A stretch of 64,000 nt of DNA from Diplonema japonicum (Eukaryota > Protista > Euglenozoa: Diplonemea), in NCBI GenBank assembly GCA_964019335.1, contig OZ025660.1, positions 62,001 through 126,000 on the forward strand, written 5' to 3'. Both the position numbers and the translations under genes were made by a program. Of the stretch, positions 21,407-32,128 are shown one piece after another (position 1 is the first letter of the stretch; each line of letters opens with the position of its first letter). The notes below the pieces were generated by a model, which ran no database searches, had not been told where the DNA came from, and worked only from the letters and a program-made list of their open reading frames with translations.

Positions 21407-24400
21407 TCACACTGGGGGGAGAAGCGGTGCAACAGGCATGTGAGCCAGTGCGGATCCAGTGCCATCATAGGGTACTGCTGGGACCGGTGCTGAGGTTTGG
21501 AGGTATTGAGTGCGGCTCTTCTTCTGCTGGAGGCGTGCCTTGTCAAGCACAAACTCCCTGTTAGACACAGGCCTGCGAGGGAAGTACGAGTACTCGGCTT
21601 TGTTCTCTTGGGACGATCCAAATGTGGTAACTGTTCTGTGTGGTGTCCCTGATTTCATCGCATTTGTTGTATTGGCCGCCTTTTGCTTGTCACCAGTGTC
21701 ATCCTCCACATGCACAAAGATCTCCGCCGACGGTGCCATCAGTGGATTGTCGAACAGGAAGCCTGTCTGGCAGGACTTCACTGACCGTACTTGGCCTTCT
21801 ACGTTCTTTCTCAAGAGTTCCCTCATTCTCGCCCGCAGAGTGTCTGTCTCCTGCTCGTAAAACCTCGTGAATTCACCTACAGACCTGCAATCCACTTCCA
21901 TGATCCTCAAGTACTCCTGCATCGTTAACTTCTTTGGAACTATTTCAAAACCAGGTCGCCGCCCATACATCGCAGGTTCAGGGAGCTTGATATTCGTCAT
22001 CTTAGAGCGCAGCTTGCACTGTAACAGCAGCTTCATCACCTCCTTGTGAAGAGCAACGACAGCCTCTGCTGTTCTTACATCTGGATTCGCAATTTCGATG
22101 GTGTCATCCGATAGCAGATTGGAAAGCATGGACATAGCTAGTTGTGGTTTGTCACTCGTGTCGGCTAAGACTGGGTGGAGCTCTTCCGCAACAGGGGTGT
22201 CGACGGAGACGCTAACTGAGGGCAAGACGAGCGCGGGTGGGGACGGGCGAAGCCCTTGTGCCGCAGAATCCTCTCGAGATGCAATGACGGATTGCAGAGG
22301 TGCAGCAGAAGGTGCTGGACACTTCTCTTCATTAACTTCTAATTCTCGGAAGTTAACGCTCGGCTTCCTTTCCACTGTTTCTCCAAAGCCAGAAAGGGGG
22401 GATCGAAGCGAGTCCTGGGGTGGCGTTAAGCACGCAGCTGGGGTCGAGATCACAGGTCGGGCCTTGACGGGTACGAGAAGGCCATTGACGGCAGTAGGCA
22501 GAGTGCTGATCATGGCCTGGCATTTCCCGCGGAAGTTCTTAATGCATCGAGAAGCTATGGTGCTGATCATCTTCATCTCGCTGCTGCTGTACTTCTCCCC
22601 CAAAAGTGACTGGCTCACCGTCTCCATGTCTTTGTTCAGGTCGTCGATCAACTCGTCGCACTCTTGCTCTTTCATCCGCACCAACTGAGCCCCCTGATCA
22701 AGCCCAAGCTCCAGCGGCGTGCAGTTCTCAGGATCACTGCGGCCAGCATGGTGCAGAGCAAAGCGTGTACTACTCACAGTCTGGCATCCTATCGTTCTCT
22801 TCACCTGCTTGTTCACCATCGCAGCCCTAGACTTCTTCACACTAACGTGACAAAAAACTGCTTTTTGATTGAGTTCGCATACCTTGCTTTCAGCTTCTTA
22901 TTGAACAAAAGCGGTAACGCTGCTGCACCCATCCCAGATACAATACCCCCCTTTGGCTTTTCCTTCGGTGCTTCATATCTGTCCTCCAGTTGCATCAGCC
23001 TGCTTTCCAGCTTTGAGCATATGGACCCCACCCTGTACGCATGCTCCTGCGACCTCTGCAACCTGTTCTCCAGAATCCTTACCTGCTCTCCAAGGTTAGA
23101 AACATTTTCCGCATGCTTCGTTTGTGCATTGAACACTGTAGTCGAGTCCCTGTTCCTCGTCGCCACTGCGGACCTCAGCACGAAGCTCTCTGACCGCTTC
23201 GCGTCTTCCTTGTGTTTGGCATACATCAACTCAGCTGTTGTCTCATCCAACGTCTCGCGCATCTGCTCGCATTGCTCTGTGAGATCAGCACTCTTGGCAC
23301 ACTCGGCCTGCAATTTCGCTGCAAGGGCATCGACCCTGTTCTTCATTCGTGACATGTCGTAATCATAATTCAGCCTCAGCGACAGTGAGGTCTCCTTGTC
23401 CGAACCGGAGAAGTGTCTGGATAGAGCAGTGATGGTATTCTTGCGAAGGACTTCTCCCTTTCTTGTCTCTACATCCAAACTATCTTGCAAAGAACCGTTT
23501 TCATGCTCCAGTATATCAATCATTGACTGCTTTTTCACAAGCAGCTCCGATGTGCCTCTTTCATCCTTCCTTAGTTCTGTTATCTCTTTTCTTAAGTCTC
23601 GCAGCTCATTCTTTACTTTCAAGTAAGCAGGGCTCGTCTCCACCGAGCCTTGCACAACGCCCCTGTACGTCTTCGATGCATCCTTCACGCGGTAGTACAG
23701 TGCCCTGTCAGACACCTCGGCGAGCACTGTGTAGATTCTGTTGTAGTTCGATGATGCAAGGTGCATGAGCTCAGTCGCTCTCAAGTTAGATGTCATGAAC
23801 AAGCTGCACAGCACGCCAAGCACCTTGTCAACGGGGCGCCTGATGAACATGTCGAAGCCCTCGATCATGGCCTGCTGAGGTGTGATCTCATCGGGGTTGC
23901 TGCTGTTGTGGGCTGTTGTGCTGATCAGAGGAGAGAGCATCGCGATAACGGGGAGGAAGCGCTTGCAAGTATTCTTTGCAACGTGCAGCAGGCCGCTCCT
24001 GTCGAGACCTGTAGAGTTGATATCAACGATAATGGTGTCAAGGTCCGCGGTGCGCACCTTGCTTATGCCATCCCTGATGTCAACTCCTTCAGACACCTGG
24101 AAACCAGCACGTGAGAGCGCTAGTCTTGTAACGGTTCTCTGCAAGATGCTCGACGAGATGACTAGGGCACTAGGGTGGTTGCGCTTTTCTATCTTTCCTG
24201 CTAGCTGTCCAAGGGACATGTCAAACACTTCGCTCTCCGTGAGGCTTGCGATAGGGGCCTGCTCCGAGTCACACAACTTCCGCAGCTGCCTCGCAGCCTC
24301 ATGCATGTCCATAATGGCAGCCGGCTCTTGCTCGACGAGCTCACTCTCATCACTTTCTTCACTTTCATCACTTGCATCATATTCGAACTCGGAGCTTGTG

Positions 24401-24408
24401 TATGACAT
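21407..24408 (-). CDS. Atypical receiver (CheY-like) domain plus coiled-coil protein, 2 exons
   Basis: 41-nt intron 22842-22882 fuses the two long ORFs; receiver-like pattern ALVISSS...AGFQV...DTIIVD...LPVIAM...GFDMFIRRP. Confidence 0.72.
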
Positions 24409-24465
24409 GTGCCACCCATGCCTAGCTGTTGTGACGAGTGGAGCAACTTGTTAATAATAAAAACA

Positions 24466-24675
24466 TCATCTCCTCTGCTTTCGTATCACCCTCCTTGCCT
24501 CTTTCCGCACGTTGTGGTCTGCAATAGAGACATTGCCTGTGATGATGAGCTGTGCGGTGTGCAAAGGAGTTTCGTCTACGCATACCTTGCCGCCTTCCCT
24601 CAAGTCCTTCACCATGTGCACAGGAAGCTCTGCTTGCCTGACGGGTAGCCATCCATGGGACACGCCTTGGCCCAT
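24466..24675 (-). CDS. Small putatively myristoylated protein (57 aa after splicing)
   Basis: Starts MGQGVS; in-frame 36-nt intron 24550-24585 (GTATG...ACAG); basic C-terminus; ACAG acceptor just upstream. Confidence 0.6.
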   Translation of the reverse strand: MGQGVSHGWLPVRQAELPVHMVKDLREGGKVCVDETPLHTAQLIITGNVSIADHNVRKEARRVIRKQRR

Positions 24676-24739
24676 TACATACGTGTAATCTGTGTATCAT
24701 GACATAAGATTAGTGCGTTACAAAAAAAAGAACTTTTCT

Positions 24740-25999
24740 TTAGGTACAGAGATTAAGGTCTTCAGGATTGGAGTCCTGTTTTATAGGCTGCCACTTGTAG
24801 CACCCGTAGTCGGCGGCGAAGTGGCTGTGCTGTGTGAAGATCCGCTTGTTCCTCGCGTTGGTGCTCAAGCTCGAAGCCTAGGGAGGGTTACAATTATATT
24901 GGAATGGATGGCATACCTGATTTGGAAGGAAGATCGGCACTCTCACTAGCACCCAGAAGTCCACGAGCATCGCCTTCAGGCCGCTTAAGCCAACTGAAAA
25001 ACTGCTATAAGACATGACCTTGTGCAGATTTGCTTTTAGTTCTGCAGTCAGAGCAGGCCGTTGACCGTCATCTGCAAGGTAAACGGGTCCCTCTTGTATG
25101 CCGGCAGCTTTGAAAGCATCCTTGATGTATGCCGATGAAGGATCGCACTGCATGGTGTCAGTCTCAGGGATCCCGCTCTTCCTGAGCATCTTGGCAAGAC
25201 GATCCTTGCATGAAGACTCAAGAGCCCGTAGATGCACGGCCACTACGGGCTTCCCACTCATCACCTTTTCAACACCTGACAGCAGCTCGGGTGACGGCTC
25301 TGCGTGCTTCCAAAAACATGCAGGAGACAGGTCCTTGTAATAGCCAGTCTCATACATGTACAGCACAGTGTACGAGGCAAGCTTTGCAGCCACGTCTACC
25401 ACGTGCTTAATGTCTCGTGTTTTCATACGTGCGCTCTTCGAGCACTTTAACCCTTGCGGCCTTCTAGCCATCTTGTTAGGGATGCCTTTCCTCTCCAAAC
25501 ACCCTACACTGGTAATCTCCTTAGTGAACACCTCATGCTCAAACTTAATGCAGAAGTGCTGTGTTAGCAAGTTGTAGTCATAAAGTTCGTCCAGCTGATA
25601 GGTCTTCTTGTCCTGTTTGAAGGGCGGCAATACCACTGTTCTGTTCGTGTATGCTCCGAAGTGCAGTGCGTGTATTACTGCCCGTATCTGGTTGCTGTGC
25701 CTTCCGTTCGCATTCCCAAAATACAGAAATCTATCAGTAGGGCAGCCCCGCCTGGGTGTTGCTAGCACTGCCAACCCTGCTTCCTTTCCGTTCACAACAG
25801 TATCCAGCACCTCTCCTCCATTCTCAGAACTGTCAGCAGAGGCACTCTTTTCAAATTCACGAACCTCGATAGCTTTTCTTTCAGACTGCTCTGCTGGGCT
25901 TGCTGTCTTCTTCGTATTCACGAGCAGCTCGAGGTGGGCAATAGAAAGCAGCGTTACCAAAAGTGCTACACCACTTGCAATTTGCAAGGAAGATGCCAT
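24740..25999 (-). CDS. GDP-fucose O-fucosyltransferase-like type II membrane glycosyltransferase
   Basis: N-terminal anchor, GRHSNQ, VAVHLR, VYLADD, MLVDFWVL...NQASSLS after a 39-nt intron. Confidence 0.82.
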
Positions 26000-26065
26000 T
26001 CATTGCCTGGAGGGGTATAAACAAACACAATACGGTGTTGACAACTTTACTAAAGACTTTAAAAC

Positions 26066-27439
26066 TCACAACAATTGCACAAACTCAGGCTCTGCCAACT
26101 CTGGGGGTGGCTGCCACTGCTTCTTTTTTGTTCGCTTATTGTAATAGTACGTTGTGCCTGTCTTCTTCTTTTTTGACACAACCACGATCCAGTCCAACGA
26201 CCGTTTCTTGCAGATAGTAGGCCTTTGAGGTGCGGCCGATTCAGATGCTGCGGATGCAATAGCTATCGGTACCCGCTCCCGGGTCTCGGGCACGTCTATA
26301 TTAGTTGGGTGCTTCTGTGCGGCCTGAGGTGGCGGTGAAGGGTCGGGGGTCCTTCCCCCCGGGTTCCTGGTAAGCATAGGCGAGTCCAACAGCAGACGCG
26401 AGGACTTGATGTAGCCGATCCTTCCGTTGTAGTCGACCAAAGACCGCGGACCCTCAGGACCACACACCTTAACAGAGGTAGAGGGGGCACTGGTCCAACC
26501 CCCTGAGCCGTCAGACTTCAGCCAGTTTCTCGAGCTAGATGGAGTCTTGCTGCCCCTCAGCAGCAGATAAGCATCTCCCTTCTTCACGTCATACTCCCAA
26601 CCCACTGCCCACGCACCGCTCTTCGCGTAGATCACCATCGCCCCGTGCCGCCATGTTGGCCGCGAATCGACAACCTTCTCATTCAGCACGTACTCACCGT
26701 CGAAGCAAGGGTACTCCCCAGACTCCAAGTTGAGCACCCTGGGTAGGGTGCCTTCCATTGACAACACAATCACCTTTTCCTGTAGGGGTGGTTGGATGAA
26801 CGTAAAATGCATACAGTAGCCTGCACCGTGTGCTGGCCGTTCGCGCTGCAGTCTAGCATTGTCGCTTTCGTGACGGTCGCCCATGCAAGCAGGTTATGCG
26901 GCATGCTCAAATTGTCAGCGAATGACGCCAACCGCCTTAACACCGAGGATAATTCATTTCCTTCTACTTCTGTTTCCGTCGCTTCTTTTAGCTTCCTCTT
27001 AGCCTCCTCGGCAGCCTCACCAAGCTGTCTCGCCTCCCTGTTATCCCGTTCGAACCATGAGTCGGTCTTGGAACACATCTGGAAGTTTGCTAGGTGCTCC
27101 ATGACCTTCTCTCTCTGACCTCGAAACTCCTGCGTATGTTCTGACGTTAAGCTTGCTAGCATACCGCACTCAGTACGGACAACACAATAGTTCGTAGTCC
27201 TATCGCCGCTAGTACCCGCTGCTTAGGGTCATATGTTATAGGTGCCTTGATCATGTGCCACTCACCAGGCCTGTATTGAGTGTGTGGCCAGTAAGATCAT
27301 ACCTTCCATCGAGCCTCCAGCAGAGCTCGTTGTTAATCACCGCAACGATACGCGTCTTTTGATTCTCGTCTGTGAACAAAATCCAGTCATTTTCAACAAA
27401 CTTATGTACAGGTGTTACCCTTGCAATGCACCCTGTCAT
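26066..27439 (-). CDS. WW-domain protein, 4 exons
   Basis: C-terminal DWIVVVSKKKKTGTTYYYNKRTKKKQWQPP; three GTATG...CAG introns link ORFs 27251-27439, 26770-27162 and 26066-26884. Confidence 0.72.
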
Positions 27440-27613
27440 AACATTGATATCTGTGGTGAGATGCAGGAGCTAGACAAAAATTGCAAAAGCTTAAACGTAG
27501 GTAAGCAATAATTAGGTAGTAAACCACTACCTACGCATACATAGGCTGTAGCCACGTTGATAGAAGAAGGGCAGTAGCCAAATATCAACTTGTAGCAGCA
27601 ACTATCTCATGTT

Positions 27614-28610
27614 CTAGATTGTGTATTCCCAGATGTACTTCGCTGACCTGATGCTCTTCAAGGCTTCTGCCACCTTGTGCTGGCTTTCCTGTGACTCACA
27701 CAATGCAATAGCGATGCCACCCCTACCAGTGCCGCTGAGCTTAGCACCAAGAGCACCTGTCTCTCTTGCAGTCAAGATAATATCTTCCAACTCAGGGATG
27801 CTGAGCTGCAACTTCTTGCAGAGCTCGTGGTTAGCATTCATCAGCCTCCCCACTTCTTTGAAGTCACCGTTGATTAGCGCCACTTCTCCCTTCTTCTGAA
27901 TCTCGAGATATTCTGCCTCCACTTCAGCGAACCACGCTGGGTCCTTCTCTCTCATGTTCCTCACGTCGCCCACTACCTCTGTCGTCGACGCTGTGATGCC
28001 CGTCGACACCACAACAAGGTACCCGGTGGATGGTGTCTGCAAAGGGTTATTGCGCTGAGCTACATACCTGAATGCGCTCAAATATAGGCGCGCCGTCAGT
28101 TCTGCAGAAGGAAAGCAGCCCGCCGTAGACGGCTGCTGTGTTATCAATGCCGCTAGGGGTGCCGTGGTACCCCTTCTCGCCTTCGTAAGCAGACTCGTTA
28201 ATCTGCTCCTCTGTCAAGTTAAGGTTGTAGCATTCCGAAAGCGCTCTTGTGAGTGCTGACACGTTGGATGCTGAGGCGCCAATCCCCGACGTGGGAACCA
28301 ACCGACCGCCAAGAGTAATGCGGATCCCCTTCTTGCTGAGGTCCAGACCCAGGTGTGCAATGACCTTATCATGTGCATCACGCTGCTCATCCGCCTTGTT
28401 CACGATGTACCCCTCCACCGCAGGCCTGTTGTCCACAACCGTCCACCCAGGCTCTTCTGTGGCCTCGATCAAGCAGTCGGTATATTCTTTAACGGCACAT
28501 ACCACAGCTGGCACCTTGTACACCACGAAGTGCTCGCCGAATAAAATCACCTTTCCATAGCCCCTGTGTTTACCTGGCTCCGTTGTGTTCTTCTGGATCA
28601 CCTTAGACAT
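27614..28610 (-). CDS. MVK: Mevalonate kinase (trypanosomatid-like)
   Basis: GYGKVILFGEHFVV, PTSGIGASAS, HGTPSGIDN, GAKLSGTGRGG; 31-nt intron 28037-28067. Confidence 0.96.
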
Positions 28611-28728
28611 CTTTCCTGTGCCATGAATCAATTTGGAAAGGAGAAAATGAATAAATTAGTCGTGATGGCACGGCGCTGGAGCGAAACATTGATGTTACAT
28701 TGTCATCGTGTGATTGGTTAATTGGTGT

Positions 28729-31700
28729 TTAGACGCCAGCTTCACCGAAATCTGCAAGCTCTGCTGTGTCGATCTCGAGCCAGTCGTCGTACTGTGTGGT
28801 TGTGGTTGTGGCTGCGGGCCATTCTGTAAAAAAAATACCTGAAGACAGCCCTGTGTCACCTTGTATCGCTCGCAGATCGAGTTCAACGCCGCTGCATATC
28901 TGAGGAGGGAGTGGGCTGCGATCTTGTCGCCTCGTTTTGTCGGTTGGAAAGTTTGCTCAATCCAAGTGGGCTCAACGAGCAAGTTGCCTTTGCCGATGCA
29001 CACTTCGTGGCCAACATGGAAGTTTGCCCATGTGGCGGACCAATGTGCAACAATATCGAATTCGTTAACCACTCTAAAGGTATTTGGCACGGTGGCATTG
29101 TACTTTCGCTGAAATGCACGGTTCCCGAGCTTTGGACACCCAAACGTGTAGACGACAGGAAGGAGCTCAAGCTGCACAGAAACACTGTATGCACATAGGC
29201 ACGCGATGGCACCACCTAGACTGTGCCCAGTTATATATAGTGTAGGATGTGTACTTAGGCACCCGATGGCCTCTTGTATGCTCTCCATGACAGCGCCTTT
29301 CAGCTCCGCCCACAATTCCATGAAACCCGTGTGTAAGAGGGGCAAGGTTGTGCAGTCCCCACAGGCTAATCCCTCGTCACCTCCCTGCATCTCGGCCCAC
29401 GGGCTGCGCAGCACCTTCATGTCTGTGCTTGCATTCTCTTTGTTCCATGTCCCCCTGAACACAACGACTACATGATCAGCATCCGCCGTCGACCCACGAT
29501 CATTGAGTGGCAGTGTGACGAAGACCTGTGTGCTAGCGATCTCAATGCAGTCGAACAAGTGATACCCGTAGTTCGACAGACCAGGTCTTTCGATTTCTTT
29601 CAAAGGACTGTAGCCGGTGCTCTTGCTGCGGTTTCCTTTTGGAGACGAGCTACGCCTGGAAAAGTACGAGCTGAACGACTTCCTCTTCTTCTCGGTGGTT
29701 GGTGAGTCAATTGTCTCATCGCATTCCTCGTGGTCCTCCTCGATCGCTTTGATGAAAACAGCAGAGCACACTGTCAATATGGAGACACACAAGGGCTGGA
29801 TGTCCTTAGCCGCGAGAAGGGAGTAGTGCCCTTTAGGGCCTTGCGTAATGTCAACGCGCTCGGAGACACTGTGGTGAAATGAGAGGAAACTCGTTAAGAA
29901 CACACCTCGGAGAATAGTAAACCCTGTAGGACAGGTTCAGTAACTGTGTAGAAATTTCTAAACAGAAAAACAGCCGTGGGCAGCCAACGTACCCCTCGCT
30001 GAACAGCGCGTCCTGCAGGCTGCGAAGTGGAAGGTCAATAAGACGGTCCTTAACCTGTTCGGGTTGCAACTTGAATAGTTCTCATACCTGCTCACCAATC
30101 CAGAAGGCGGAGTGCATTACCGAATGTATTGAGAACTTTCGCTTGCTGTCATTCTGTTCCCCTTCCACCTCCGCAGGGCGCTTCTGAGCTTCAAGGTAAC
30201 GATCCTGCTCCTTCTTTTCGACAAAGAAATATAGAGAACCGCCGTGCCTCCCCAGCCATCTGTACCACTCAGGCCGCCACTTAACCCCTTTCCATTTCGC
30301 ACTCCTCCAGTTAGGATAGCAAGGCGCAGGAGGAGCATTAGGATCATCAAACGCAGGAAGATAGATGTAGGCAATTAAGTGTAGCAGCGCGAAGGAAAGC
30401 ACAACAGCACCGATCTCCTGCGTGGAGCGGTATGTAATACTGAAGCCGTCATGCATGCCCCAGCTGATGGCTGCGGTGAGCAATTGGTAGAAGATAAATC
30501 CACCAAATAAGAAAATGAGGTAACGAAAAGCAAGCTGCCTGTGACGGGTCGCGAAGTAAGGTTGTCTCTTCAGCTTTTTGGCAGTTCTTAAAACGCCTCT
30601 GATTGTCCACACTACCCAGCCTAGCTGAAACGTGAACGCTGTTGTGAAGATGAAAACAGCAAACCCATCATCAATACTATGCGTGAACAGGTACCACAGA
30701 AATGTGCTGGAATAATCGCTCGTCGTGTCTTTGTCCCTGATGGCCACAAGAAGATCCAGCAGCGCCATTAACGAGAACCAGACAAAGACGGACACGTGAG
30801 TAGCCATCGTCACTCTACCGTCAGTCCTCCGAACACTTGTGAGCAACACTACCACCATGACCTGAATATAAAGGAAGAAGTAAGTTGAGCAATGGAACTC
30901 CACGAACTGGATCACAGCCCAGATGCCTTGGTTGCTGGAACTTCTAGTATCATACGTAGCCAAGGGGTAGAAGGGGTCCAAGTACAAAAACAAGAAGAAG
31001 AACCCGCCGAAAATGTACTGCTGCTCCGTTAGCCAATACTGTATGTTTCTGATGTCCAACCTGTTTGAAAAGGTGATAACGCGCAGCACTGTGTAGACCA
31101 CCATTGCAATGCGGCACACAAGCTCTACCAGTGTGTAGAGGCTGTTCTGGTACTGGAAAATGATGGAGACGGTGTTCAAGTAGTCGTCAAACTGCGGTGG
31201 TGGATTGAGCAGCACTATCGACACATTATAAGCGTCACTCCAAGGCAAGTCGGTGACTGGGAGCTGGAGTGTAGAACACCTGGATTGAGAGAACGAGCAA
31301 GACAGCGTCAGGATGAAAGAAGAATTATAAGGATCAGAATCCGGGCTAGTATAGGCTATTTGCAAGAAGTGCAATGTTGTGAGAGAGAAGGTGCTGTTTG
31401 AGCTGTTTGAGTACGGGTTGTCCATCACGAAAGTCATGTGCATGAATCTGTTCAGAGGCGTAAGCCCGTCGATACTGCCCTCCCACTCCGTGTTAGTAGG
31501 GCCAAGTGTCATGCACTCACTAGAATCGTCTATGCCACACGTCATTCTTGTGGTAGGGGAGTGTGTAGATGAATCGCAGATGTTGGTACACTTCCACATG
31601 TAAACATAGTCGACGATGCTCGCCACCGTGCACAATGCAATCGTGAGATACAATGCTGTGATGAGCATCTGTGACTGCGTCCTTGAAAGTGTCTCGATCT

Positions 31701-32043
31701 GCAGAAGTGCGTGCTGAGAGGCTTTTTTGATAAACACATCGCCCCCCACTGCAACATCGGCGACAAGGCTCGCTGCACCTCCTAAGTTGTTAGCATTCAA
31801 GTCTGTCTCCACGTACGCATTCTCTCGCCTGATGCCAAGCTCGGTGGTGGTCAAGCGTAACTGCGAGAATCAAAGAATAATTAAAATACGCCGTGTGCCG
31901 CATACCGTGCTCTGCCGTCTTCTTTCGGTGCCGCTCTCAATAAAGGTCCCTACGCTACCATACGTAGCATGGGGTCCTTGCTCTGCCCTACTGTTCAGGG
32001 AAATTCGCTGCTCAGCATTCTCAACCAACAAGCTATTCTTCAT
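28729..32043 (-). CDS. TMEM181/Wntless-like multipass membrane domain fused to class 3 lipase, 5 exons
   Basis: FQYQNSLYTLVELVCR, WLTEQQY...LYLDPFYPL and AYIYLP resemble TMEM181; lipase motifs VFRGT, HTGF, GHSLGG, TFGCPKLGN; four 33-47 nt introns keep the frame. Confidence 0.82.
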
Positions 32044-32128
32044 ACTCCTAAGTGCTGGCGTTACTTTTAAGTCAAAACATAAAACACACGTAAAATAATA
32101 TCAGTACTCTAATTCTAATAATATCTAC

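Noticed and set aside
4893-26065. Intron-like GT...AG segments in spacers (after Aladin, before the EEP and fucosyltransferase genes) that might fuse neighbouring genes
   Set aside because: They lie after the stop codons, the donors are weak, and the acceptor-like ends are expected from trans-splice sites
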